64,000 nucleotides of DNA from Eledone cirrhosa (taxonomy: Eukaryota): positions 38,006,001 through 38,070,000 of the forward strand of contig OZ024754.1 of the NCBI GenBank assembly GCA_964016885.1. Direction: 5' to 3'. Below are positions 56,732 to 64,000 of this stretch, piece after piece. The position numbers and the translations under genes are program-made. A model generated the notes under the pieces. The model did no database searches and was not told the origin of the DNA. It saw only the letters and a list, made by a program, of their open reading frames with translations. The first letter of the stretch is position 1. Each line of letters starts with the position of its first letter.

Positions 56732-59700
56732 TTATCGTTTTTCGTCCATTTTTCTATGCTTGCCTAAATTGAACAAATCCTTTCCAGCATATCATCTCTC
56801 CACCTATAGCATTCCTTTGACATCTCCTTTCTGAGGTTCATCCTCCTGAGATCACCTCTCACCACCTTTGCCCAAGTTGGTGAGGGGTGATCCTTCGCTC
56901 TTCCTCTAATGCAGCTACCTTCCAGATAAATCTTGATACTTCTCCACCCAGTGTTCATCAACCATACACAACACATGTCCCCCACCAATACAATCTTCTG
57001 TCTTACACACTACATTTCATTCCTCCTATACTGAGTTTTCCTCTCAGTTCATCCATGCCCCCCTCCCTCCATTGTCCATTCACATCTAACAGAGCATGCT
57101 ATCTTCATTTCTCCCCAACCTCTACATATCCTCTGCATTTACTGCTTGTGTCTCACTGCCATGCAACATCACGCTTCTCATACAACCATTATACTATCTA
57201 CCCATCCTCATCATATTACGTCTGTTTTTCCATGCTGGCATGGGTTGGTTGGGTCCTTTCCAGTACAGCACCTCTCCATTCATCTCAGTCCTTCATCAAC
57301 CCAGCTAAGAGATTACCTCTCTGTACCTCAAAGGGAATATGGGGATACAATTGCTTGATGACAGCCAAGAGATTCTCGCACATGACTAGGTTAACCATCC
57401 GAATGGCATGACTAGTGTTAGTTCTGTATACACAATTAATGGGAATCTTATATTCTGTGCTGGTCATAGTCTTTTGGTTGGATGCCCTTCCTATCACCAA
57501 CCATTTTACATGTACTGGGTGTTTTTCATTATACAACTAGAGAGGATAGCAAAAGCCCCTGTTGTCAACAGAAAATGTAGCTCCCTAAACGTTTTCCAGC
57601 CTATTCTTATTCTAGCTTCTATGCTTTCAGAGTGGCCTCCTCCACTGTTAATTACATCACATAAGAAACCTCCAATCCCACTACACCTCTTGTGTACCCA
57701 TATCTTACATTGTGTACATCATATAGAGTTCCTACCAACTCTTTTTCTACATAAACACTGAAGGAATTTGTTCTCAAGCTCTTTCAGATTCAGCTATAAG
57801 AACCCAGTCATATGGAAGTTCCCATGTACAAACAGGCTAAAACTCCTGTGTGAAGGTCTATTGAACTATGATAAACAGGGGGTGGTGGGCTAAGGACTAA
57901 GCTTTGATAAACACCTACCTGTATAGTGAATTCCTTCCGAAACTCATTACCAACTCTAACTTTACTGACATCACTTCTGTATATGGCTTGTATTCCTCTC
58001 ATGAGAAACTCAAACACTCAGTTTCCTTAAGGACCATCAATTGAGAGACCATGGCACTCTCTCAAAGGCCTTCTTTAGATTTTAAAAGTTAGGTATAGTG
58101 ACTTATACCTAGCTAGGAACTTCTTTTGTAGGTGTTTCATTAAAAAGAGGGCATATGTGTCGCTCCTCTTGGCACAAAAGCAAAATGCTTTTCATCTAAT
58201 TTGACTCTTTCCCTAATTAGTTATGCTAACACTCTTTCTGTCATTTTCATAGCTTGATCCATGTATTTTATGTCTCTGTAGTTACTCCTTTCTAGAACAA
58301 CTTTTCCCTTGTAACAATGAGTATACTGCTATGCCAGTCATTCAGTATAACCTCCATCATGTAATACCTGATTATGCAGGTGACTAACCCAACTCTGATC
58401 ATCATCCATGCACATCACATGTCCATATGAAAGCAGTCTTCTCTCTTCTGCACACCACCTTGGATTCCTCTTAAACCCAGCTTCTCCCTCAGCTCGTCCA
58501 AGCTCTGCCTTTTTCTCACATCCAACAAAGCATGGTTGCTTCATTTCTCACTAGTCTATGCATGTCCTCTGCAGTCACAGCCCATGTTTCACTACCATGC
58601 AGCATCACACTTCGCACACAGGTGTGAGGCATCATACAGTCATCCGTTTGTACATAGGGAGAACCCTTATGTAGCCAACAGTAGTAGCTCTCTAAAATGT
58701 TTCCATCCTCTTCGTATTTTAGCTATTATGCTCTCAGTGCACCCTTCCCTGCTGCTTATTAAATCACCTAGATAGCAGAAGCTATAAATATATATACATA
58801 CACACACACACATGCATGCATGCATATAAATATACCATGTGTATATGGTTTAGAATAGGTCCACTGTATTTCTGCATGTTGTAAAAGGTGACTATAAGAG
58901 TTGATGCCTGAAGGTTCATTCAGTCATAAAACAATGTTCAGTCTATTTACAATAGCCAAATATATGGAGAAGTTGTTGAATGTAGAGAATGAATGAATGG
59001 CAACATAGAGAGCAATCTAATTCTCAGACTGACAGAGGTAGAGGTCAAGGAAATATTGAGATAGATATAGAGAGAAAAAGCAGAAAGGATGACAGGAGTT
59101 ATGAGAGATATGTTAAAGGCAGTGAGAAGTTGGGATGTGAAGATGACAGATCTGTATGTAAGTCAGTGTTGAAGGAATACCATATTCCAGTGGACTGGGA
59201 GCTGAGTACTCCCATTACTCTGTACAAGCTGGGCCGGATTTAATGGGGGGGGGGAGGGCTATTGCCCAGGGCCTTCTGCAGAGAACCATTGTTTCACCTT
59301 AGCAGATCCTCAGCTCATAATGGACATGGTTATACTTTTATATATATATATATATATATAAAAGTACACAGCACACACTGTCTATGTGTTTGGCGTTAGG
59401 AAGGGCATCCAGCCGTAAAAAACCAGCCAGAAACACCCCTATATGAGCGAGACATGGTCACCTGACCCAACTTGCCTCTAAATGGGACCTGTCTAACCCA
59501 TGCTAGCGTGGAAGATAGACATGAATCAATGATATATATATTGGATAGGTAATCAAGTCAGATTTTATCAGATTTACTGTCCTCCCAGATGGGCAGTGGA
59601 GTGGAGTGGAGTAACACATTTCGCTTACATAAATTTTGGTCTTGTCATGTTTTCTACAGGTGGATGCCTTTCTTAATCCCAACTACTTTACAGGATGTAC

Positions 59701-60797
59701 TGGGTGCATTTTTCGTAACAGCAGCACTAGAGAGGTTTCTAGTGTCTATTACATGGCTAAAAAGTTCTCTCAATTCTTTTTGGCATGGTTTCTACAGCTG
59801 TAATATCCTTCCTAACACTAACCTCTTTACAGAGTATACTGGGTGCATTTTATCATGGCACATGCACTGAGGAGGCTGTCAATCATTTGACTTAACTAAC
59901 AACCAATGTATGTAAGGGTTGAAAATGGAATAGGAGTAAAAAGGATAGTAACATGAAGTCATGGGTGTATACATATATATCTTTATTTTACAGGTCACAT
60001 CTCTGCAGATTTAGTTGGCCTCCAATAAGGTTGCATCCCAAAGGTGTTTTAATGAAAAACAATGTGAAATAAAGCATCTTGCTCAAGAACACAACAGACC
60101 ACCTGGTTCAATATTTGAAACCACAACCCTATGATCTTGAATGCAACGCTCGAACCACTAGGCTACACACCTTCAAAAATATATATTTATATACATCATC
60201 ATCGTTTAGCGTCAATTTCCCCGCTAGCATGGGTTAGGCGGGATTGTCCCACTTGAGGCAAGATTGGTCAGGTGACCGTATCTCGCTCATCTAGGACTCG
60301 TATATAATTATACATATATACATTATATATATATATATAAATATATATATACACAAATATACATATATATATATACACACATATATATATACACACTTAT
60401 TCATACACACAAAATATATAGACACATACATATAACTATATACACACACATACATATATGTGTGTGCGTGTGTAGCACGGAATTGGCAGATTCATTAGAA
60501 CATCACTATTTCTTCTGTTTCTCTGTAATTCGAGTTTATTTTCAAACGAAATCAACTTTGTGTTTCAGGGTCGATAAATAAAGAACCGGTCCATGGCGAG
60601 AAGGGGGGGGGGGATAGATTGGAGGAATTGTTAAAAGTTCGGACAGGATGCTTTGCGATAAGTGATCTGGTTGTGTGTGTGTGTTTTGAGTTCAAATCTC
60701 GCCTTTCTCAACATGTGGTTGGGACCGGATGACCGCTGGAAACGATATTTCCTTGGTCCGGTCTTACGATCGCTTCCGTTCCTTTCCACACATATTC

Positions 60798-60839
<42 letters not shown>

Positions 60840-61183
60840 TGGTGGCAGGGAGAAATGGTTAGGAGAAAAATAATTGATTTGATCTAAAACCAAATTTAAT
60901 TTATCTTCTCATATATATATATGACACATAAACACACACACACACGAAATAAATACATATACATATATACACGCGTGTATATATATATATGCACACATGC
61001 GAACTTCAAGATAAATATAATTTGCTTATATGCACACGTATATATGTGTTTGTGTGAGCATGCATGCATATATATATATATATATATATGATATATATAT
61101 ATATATATATATACGTGTGTTGTGGGACTAACTCTCTCTCTATATATATATATTACGGTTACATTATATAAATTGCGTCTTCG

Positions 61184-61228
<45 letters not shown>

Positions 61229-61509
61229 GGAGACAAAAGTTTAACGAAAATATTTCTTAGCCCACATTAAACTAACAATGAAGCACCTGCCTTAATCAAC
61301 CTTGAATAAAGCGCGTTCATCGCTGACAATTGAAATGTTTACTGGAAACTTTCAAAATAGCACAACAAATGTCCCGTGTGCCTTGAGAAATCAAAGAATT
61401 AAACTAGAAGCTCACCTGGAATTTGTACGTAGTATGAAGCAAATGCAAACAGATAAATAATTGACATACACCAGAGAAAGACATCTCTCGTCTTACGAAC
61501 TAGCGCCAT
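5399..61509 (-). CDS. LMF2: Lipase maturation factor 2 gene, 16 coding exons with two alternative versions of exon 12; 1944-nt CDS, 647 aa
   Basis: Hand-spliced exons join in frame with GT-AG boundaries. The translation carries LMF2-family motifs: [114 protein letters not shown]. Confidence 0.96.
5661..5868. mobile_element. piggyBac-like MITE (TTAA flanks, CCCTTTAGCATT TIRs)
   Basis: TTAA|CCCTTTAGCATT...ATACTAAAGGG|TTAA; related copies near 2653, 18462, 19355, 22502, 28284, 30448, 46700 and 53384. Confidence 0.85.
6095..6500. repeat. ~41-bp hairpin-forming minisatellite
   Basis: Unit atgacaccagcactagggagggtgtcatgtcttattttatt, degenerating to the right. Confidence 0.9.
6589..6700 (-). CDS. 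LMF2: LMF2 exon 15 (112 nt; [11 protein letters not shown]...NRIFE)
   Basis: ttgcag acceptor, weaker gttggt donor, phase 2-0; WW.R motif. Confidence 0.85.
6733..7425 (+). mobile_element. Three head-to-tail family A SINE copies
   Basis: Repeated ttggcagtatcggtag...ctgagttcaaatcc...tttcatccttac...gtagaaacaattatt. Confidence 0.85.
8841..9060 (-). CDS. LMF2: LMF2 exon 14 (220 nt; [15 protein letters not shown]...HIMSK)
   Basis: ctgcag acceptor, gtaagt donor, phase 1-2; signature LMF C-terminal motif. Confidence 0.96.
9624..9745 (-). CDS. LMF2: LMF2 exon 13 (122 nt; [10 protein letters not shown]...[13 protein letters not shown])
   Basis: ttttag acceptor, gtaagt donor, phase 2-1. Confidence 0.95.
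9958..10124. mobile_element. pogo/Tigger-like MITE
   Basis: TA|CCGTATTTCCCGGCATTGAAGATGC ... GCATCTTCAGCGCCAGGAAATGCGG|TA. Confidence 0.8.
11402..11682. repeat. ~105-110-bp tandem repeat, ~2.7 copies
   Basis: tgaagtgtgaagtgaaat...ctgtgagttgctctcaatgtgacctgaaattagttat recurs three times. Confidence 0.85.
11926..12712. repeat. (TA)n/(TACA)n compound microsatellite
   Basis: Read directly; similar tracts at ~28595-29120, 29757-30147, 39700-40222, 54746-54845 and 61000-61225. Confidence 0.97.
13105..17590. repeat. 39-bp satellite array, ~4.5 kb, ~115 units
   Basis: Unit tatcccagtaatgttgacaatgtagttattatctaacta, with 36-bp and cacagcaga variants. Confidence 0.98.
18275..18390 (-). CDS. LMF2: LMF2 exon 12B, alternative copy (116 nt; [39 protein letters not shown])
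   Basis: ttttcag acceptor, GT|gtaaga donor, phase 0-2, no stops; same length and terminal motifs as 12A. Confidence 0.9.
18462..18669. mobile_element. piggyBac-like TTAA MITE ~70 nt upstream of the exon 12B acceptor
   Basis: TTAA|TCCTTTAGCATT...AATGCTAAAGGG|TTAA. Confidence 0.85.
20297..20641 (+). mobile_element. tRNA-derived SINE family B, full length, (ATG)n tail
   Basis: GGAGGCACATGGCTTAGTGGTTAGAGC...GAGTTCAATTCTC head, CCTTGAGCAAGACACTT core, AAGGGCATCCAGC motif; near-identical to other copies. Confidence 0.9.
21840..22165 (+). mobile_element. Diverged partial copy of the Helitron-like element
   Basis: Similar to the 3' two-thirds of 38942-39404; ends in the hairpin gcaggaaaccac...gtggtttcctgc. 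Confidence 0.7.
22502..22712. mobile_element. piggyBac-like TTAA MITE
   Basis: TTAA|CCCTTTAGCATT...ATACTAAAGGG|TTAA. Confidence 0.85.
25400..25778 (+). mobile_element. CR1/L2-like LINE 3' remnant with (ATT)n tail
   Basis: A reverse-complement copy of the same tail lies at ~63615-63870; family assignment is inferred. Confidence 0.55.
26290..26760 (+). mobile_element. RTE-type LINE 3' fragment
   Basis: [19 protein letters not shown]...LKLYGHI...[22 protein letters not shown]. Confidence 0.8.
26839..27180. mobile_element. Tigger-like MITE
   Basis: TA|CAGTGGAACCTCGGATCACAAAT ... ATTCGTGAACCAAGAATCCGTTG|TA imperfect TIRs. Confidence 0.7.
29263..29661 (+). mobile_element. SINE family B, full length
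   Basis: Near-identical to 20297-20641 with one extra internal ~50-bp unit. Confidence 0.9.
30448..31445. mobile_element. TTAA MITE whose first ~60-71 bp are tandemly amplified ~13 times
   Basis: Unit cacattactctatatatactattatattttcatgataaaggctttatctcacataacatt, then the normal MITE body resumes. Confidence 0.88.
32627..32742 (-). CDS. LMF2: LMF2 exon 12A, alternative copy (116 nt; [39 protein letters not shown])
   Basis: tttttctag acceptor, AG|gtacgc donor, phase 0-2, no stops; VPY...SYGLFR motif. Confidence 0.9.
33516..34000 (-). mobile_element. Non-autonomous Helitron-like element, 485 bp
   Basis: 5' TC, 3' CTAG, inserted between A and T with no TSD; terminal hairpin gcagaaaaaccacc-tgaac-ggtggtttttctgc. 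Confidence 0.85.
34265..34616 (+). mobile_element. SINE family B, full length
   Basis: Same head, core and tail as 20297-20641. Confidence 0.9.
35662..36820. repeat. ~53-59-bp minisatellite with variable (AGT)n, ~21 copies
   Basis: accactaccacaaccacc(agt)nggaaatatagagatatggaa. Confidence 0.96.
36963..37062 (-). CDS. LMF2: LMF2 exon 11 (100 nt; [15 protein letters not shown]...MFAISL)
   Basis: tttcag acceptor, gtacgt donor, phase 2-0; ends in FAISL, which precedes VPY in LMF2. Confidence 0.92.
38294..38399 (-). CDS. LMF2: LMF2 exon 10 (106 nt; AFTKKDL...LISFVR)
   Basis: tttcag acceptor, gtaatt donor, phase 1-2. Confidence 0.9.
38533..38760. repeat. (GAA/GGA)-rich purine tract in short intron 9
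   Basis: Read directly. Confidence 0.9.
38778..38924 (-). CDS. LMF2: LMF2 exon 9 (147 nt; GHPAEAKS...SLKTQI)
   Basis: ttgcag acceptor, gtaaat donor, phase 1-1, open frame with a hydrophobic segment. Confidence 0.88.
38942..39404 (+). mobile_element. Second Helitron-like copy, opposite orientation to 33516-34000
   Basis: A|TCTTAACTATAATAAAG...GGTTTTTCTGCTAG|T; closely similar to the 33516-34000 copy. Confidence 0.85.
40314..40385 (-). pseudogene. tRNA-like sequence (D, anticodon and T arms pair; acceptor stem does not), GAC in the anticodon loop
   Basis: GGGTTCATTGGTGTTATGGTAGCATA-CTTGT-CCGACAA-ACAAG-AGCT-GTGGG-TTCGATT-CCCAT. Confidence 0.6.
40780..41226. repeat. ~22-34-bp minisatellite (acacagccatgtctacaccatat...)
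   Basis: Read directly. Confidence 0.93.
41265..41376 (-). CDS. LMF2: LMF2 exon 8 (112 nt; [20 protein letters not shown]...KKRA)
   Basis: tcag acceptor, gtaagt donor, phase 0-1; TGNYNFFN motif. Confidence 0.95.
41395..42210 (+). mobile_element. RTE LINE 3' remnant containing six tandem 102-bp units
   Basis: [11 protein letters not shown] motif upstream; unit period 102 (41611 to 41713). Confidence 0.8.
42335..43106. repeat. 16-bp minisatellite (attgtgaaatgtagat / attatgaaatgtacat variants)
   Basis: Read directly. Confidence 0.96.
43248..43960 (+). mobile_element. Cluster of family A SINE copies with a duplicated 3' tail
   Basis: Repeated ctttcatccttac...aagtaccagtaa...gaaacaattattatt. 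Confidence 0.82.
43995..44147 (-). CDS. LMF2: LMF2 exon 7 (153 nt; CIPTQLAWF...SFYAQ)
   Basis: ctccag acceptor, gtaagt donor, phase 0-0. Confidence 0.95.
45260..45285 (-). CDS. LMF2: LMF2 exon 6 (26 nt; ALNYHFESQ)
   Basis: ctacag acceptor, gtaagt donor, phase 1-0; fills the gap between WWGLT and CIPT. Confidence 0.92.
45693..45895 (-). CDS. LMF2: LMF2 exon 5 (203 nt; [10 protein letters not shown]...CPTWWGLT)
   Basis: tccag acceptor, gtatt donor, phase 2-1; core LMF-family motif. Confidence 0.95.
45967..46031 (-). ncRNA. Minimal type-I hammerhead ribozyme motif, sense to LMF2
   Basis: TATTTTGT-CTGATGA-AAGCATACCAT..ATGGTGTCCTT-GAAA-TATGTA-TA-ATAAAATA: stems I and II pair, core intact. Confidence 0.72.
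46275..46341 (-). ncRNA. Minimal type-I hammerhead ribozyme motif, sense to LMF2
   Basis: TTTTAT-CTGATGA-(long stem II)-GAAA-TGCGCA-TA-ATAAAA with a palindromic stem III. Confidence 0.75.
46469..46533 (+). ncRNA. Hammerhead motif, inverted copy of 46275-46341
   Basis: TTTTAT-CTGATGA-AAACACATATTATT..GATGATATTTGTTTTT-GAAA-TGCGCA-TA-ATAAAA. Confidence 0.72.
46925..46953 (-). CDS. LMF2: LMF2 exon 4 (29 nt; [10 protein letters not shown])
   Basis: ttccag acceptor, gtaag donor, conserved VGQ.F..FQW motif, phase 0-2. Confidence 0.93.
47491..47534 (+). ncRNA. Minimal hammerhead motif with an extra U after the core, antisense to LMF2
   Basis: TATCA-CTGATGA-T-GTCACA-ggtg-TGTGAT-GAAA-GAGC-TT-TGATA. 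Confidence 0.55.
47538..47924 (-). mobile_element. SINE family B, full length
   Basis: Reverse complement of the 20297 family. Confidence 0.9.
49164..49366 (-). CDS. LMF2: LMF2 exon 3 (203 nt; EVNSVADFF...[10 protein letters not shown])
   Basis: tttgtag acceptor, gtgag donor, phase 1-0; lies within ORF 49143..49589. Confidence 0.93.
49540..50115 (-). mobile_element. Two stacked L1/Tx1-like LINE 3' ends within (GATA)n
   Basis: [13 protein letters not shown]-terminus-like frame; 3' ends ...gtggcaataaatagaaa next to tagatagata; related copies at 55088-55308 and 55413-55740. Confidence 0.55.
50940..51495. repeat. 48-bp minisatellite derived from a SINE internal unit, ~11.5 copies
   Basis: gataaaatgcacccagtacagactgtaaagtggtagtgctggtgccat; the same motif occurs once or twice inside family B SINEs. 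Confidence 0.93.
51550..51600 (-). CDS. LMF2: LMF2 exon 2 (51 nt; [17 protein letters not shown])
   Basis: ttctag acceptor, gtaact donor, phase 1-1, GILPAR motif. Confidence 0.92.
51901..52225. mobile_element. Mariner-like MITE with internal duplication
   Basis: TA|CAAGGGTCAGCTGAAAAGTTCAT ... ATGAACTTTTCAGCCAATCTTCG|TA; partial copy at ~52570-52630. Confidence 0.75.
52937..53377. mobile_element. hAT-like MITE containing a 31-bp minisatellite (~9.5 copies)
   Basis: TAGGCATGGGCAA...TTGCCCATGACTG ends; unit ggccacataggatgtggctcattataaggtg. Confidence 0.7.
53384..53604. mobile_element. piggyBac-like TTAA MITE
   Basis: TTAA|CCCTTTAGCA...ATGCTAAAGGG|TTAA. Confidence 0.85.
54416..54745 (-). mobile_element. 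SINE family B
   Basis: Reverse complement of the 20297 family. Confidence 0.88.
56303..56693 (+). mobile_element. SINE family B, full length
   Basis: Same head, core and tail as 20297-20641. Confidence 0.9.
56760..58790 (-). mobile_element. Decayed RTE LINE fragments (RT domain and C-terminus), interrupted and out of order
   Basis: [58 protein letters not shown] motifs. Confidence 0.75.
61416..61509 (-). CDS. LMF2: LMF2 exon 1 (94 nt; [31 protein letters not shown])
   Basis: ATG in good context (aagATGG), donor G|gtgag, resembles the LMF2 N-terminus; absent from the ORF track because it is short. Confidence 0.93.
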
Positions 61510-61878
61510 CTTCCCTCTCTCACTCTCACTCGCTTTCTCACACTCTCTTACTCATCTGTTAGCATTCCTTTCTCTCTCACACTTGTTGGGAATTCTTTGC
61601 TCACTTTTTTTTTTTCATACACATTCGAGAGAAAAGTACTCAATACTAAGATATAGTTTAATTATTTATTTATTTGCAGTGAGCAATAAAAAAATTAAAA
61701 AATAAAGTATTAACATATATAATCGTTATATATTCATTTTTTGTTTTGTTTTAGTTCGAATGTGTGTGTGTGTTTTCATTTATATATAATTTATACGATG
61801 ATAGATTCGTTTTTATTTTAAATTCGAATGAGTGTGTTAACATGTATGTGTATATGTATGAACTTTTCAGCCGACCTT

Positions 61879-61961
<83 letters not shown>

Positions 61962-63209
61962 AATCACTTGCAGCTCTCTTTCTGTTTCTTTCACTCTAGA
62001 TATGTGCGTATATCACTTTCTCAATATCATTTTCGTGTTTGAGTGCTGGTTATGAGAAGAGAAGTTTAACCGACAAGATATTGTCTGAGAGTATATGTGA
62101 AGGCGGGCTTTATAGACAGCTGACTGTAATGATGCAGACTATATGTGTACGTGTTGCTGCTTGCTTGTGTAGATATAGAGAGAGAGAGAACGGGGAGGAA
62201 GGAATGGAGGTTATAACGAAGAGGAGGTTGGTATGTGAGAAATAATGCGAGGGGCAAATTACTATAAATAGAGTTACAGTTGTTTAGCCCCTGAACGCTT
62301 GGACCTATGACCAAGCTTTAACCAACTATTTTTTTGTGGGGAATAGTTTTACCCTGGACTACATTATCCAGTGTGTCTCTTGTAAGAAGGTTGGGTGTGG
62401 TTTGAGGAAAGTTTGGCTTCTATTTCTACCAAGTCAAGCAAATACATAGAGGTTTTATCAATGCCTCGTAAATATTATAAGAGTTGTTGCTTAAATTAGC
62501 AGAATTGTCAGAGCGTCGGATGAAATTCTGGTTTCAAATCTTGCCGAGGTCAACTTTGCATTTCATCTTTCTGGGGTCGATAAAATAAAGTACCAGTCAA
62601 GAACTGAGGGAGGTATAATCGATTGTTCCCTTTCCCCATGAAATTGTTTGTTGGCCTTGTGCCAGAATTAGAAACCATTGAAGTTTAGTCCCATGTCGGC
62701 CCCGATCGAAGTCAACTGTGATGAAAAGGCGTCCCAACTGCGACATTAGCGTCTTTTTTGCAGGCACAGGACGCTTATGACGACGTTATCTATCCTTCTT
62801 TTCTGAGAGAGTAGGGTGGCTTGAACAATATATGGCTGCTATTTCTAACAGGTAGATCAACCGTCTCCATCATTAACTCATAATATTTATATATTTAAAT
62901 GAAGTGTAAAAGATATAAGGTTATAAGATGATGTGGAGGGAGAGATTATCTATTTGATAGATGGAGAAATAGAAAGAAAATTACTGCCCGTATCAATTCA
63001 CAAAGCTTAAATTGGAGGCAGGGAGGGGTAACAATTGTTAGATTAGTTACTCATTATCTAAGAAAGTAATGTGATATTTAGGTTAATATACACAACAGTA
63101 AAGAACAAAACAGACAACAGAAATGATGGTACTAAAGCATAAACAAAATTAATTAGTAGATCGAAAAAAATTCTGAACACTAAAATATTCCATGGCCTTG
63201 ATTATGCAT

Positions 63210-63611
63210 AATAATAATTGTTTCTACAATAGGCACAAGGCCAGCAATTATCCCAGTGTATTACTGGTACTTTATTTTATCGACCCCCGTTAGGATGAAA
63301 GGCAAAGTTAACCTCGACGGAATTTGAACTCAGAATGGCAAGGGCCGTAACTCTATGCGTCAAAGCATGGCGTCCGACCCTCTACCGATACTGAATGATT
63401 TCTGGTATAGGCACAAGGCCAGTAATTTGGGGCGGGGGGGGGGTCGATTTAATCGACTCCAGTACGTTACTGGTGCTTTATTTTATCGATCCCGTAAGGA
63501 TGAAAGGCAAAGTCAACCTCGGCGGGATTTGAACTCAGATCGTAAAGGGACGTAACTATGCTGGAAAGCATGGCGTCCGATCCTCTACTGATACTGCCAA
63601 TCGACCGCCCT
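63210..63611 (-). mobile_element. Two tandem family A SINE copies
   Basis: Reverse complement of the family A consensus, twice. Confidence 0.85.
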
Positions 63612-64000
63612 TAATAATAATAATAATAATAATAATAATGAAATTATTGTGTACAGTGCTCAGGTGCACTACAACTCATCAAAGGCGCATGTATAGTACA
63701 TAGAATAATGTACAAATATCAGGAAAGTGAAGGGTGTGTCATGACTTACATGTGTGCATATGTGTGGAGGGGGGATATCAGGTGTAGTGTTGGCAAATTT
63801 CAGGAAGCATGGAGGTTTTAAAGGATGCAGTGTCTCGGCAGCCAACAACTGGTGCAGGTAGTTTGTTGATCAATGGTAACACGCAGGAATCAGAAATCAC
63901 CTACATTCAAGCCCCTTATATAAAAATCCCCATGTAGATCGATTTTTTGGAGGAGGTATGATAGCAGGTTCTCTGGAGATTGAGGAACCTCTGAAAAAGA

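Noticed and set aside
61510-62000. LMF2 promoter or TATA box
   Set aside because: AT-rich and microsatellite sequence; no element distinguishable from background without TSS data.

Overview
AT-rich, repeat-dense animal genomic DNA. The SINE, MITE and microsatellite complement suggests an octopod cephalopod (inference). One protein-coding gene spans almost the whole window on the minus strand: lipase maturation factor 2 (LMF2). I reconstructed it by hand as 16 coding exons (61509 to 5399), all with GT-AG introns and consistent phases, giving a 1944-nt CDS (647 aa). The main surprise is that exon 12 exists as two intact, equally long (116 nt) but only ~31% identical paralogous copies 14 kb apart (32627-32742 and 18275-18390). 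Including both or skipping both creates an early stop, which is the signature of mutually exclusive exons. The second surprise is a set of minimal type-I hammerhead-ribozyme motifs of the Penelope-like-element kind in the introns. These include two sense-strand copies ~306 nt apart in intron 4, one of which is locked in a ~170-bp palindrome with its own antisense copy, and another split in its core by a Helitron insertion. The rest is a deleted mariner, tRNA-derived SINEs, TTAA/TA/hAT-type MITEs, RTE/CR1/Tx1-like LINE remnants, a 4.5-kb 39-bp satellite, and many mini- and microsatellites. Almost all long ORFs in the supplied track are repeat artefacts. Repeat boundaries are approximate. Nothing here was checked against databases or expression data.
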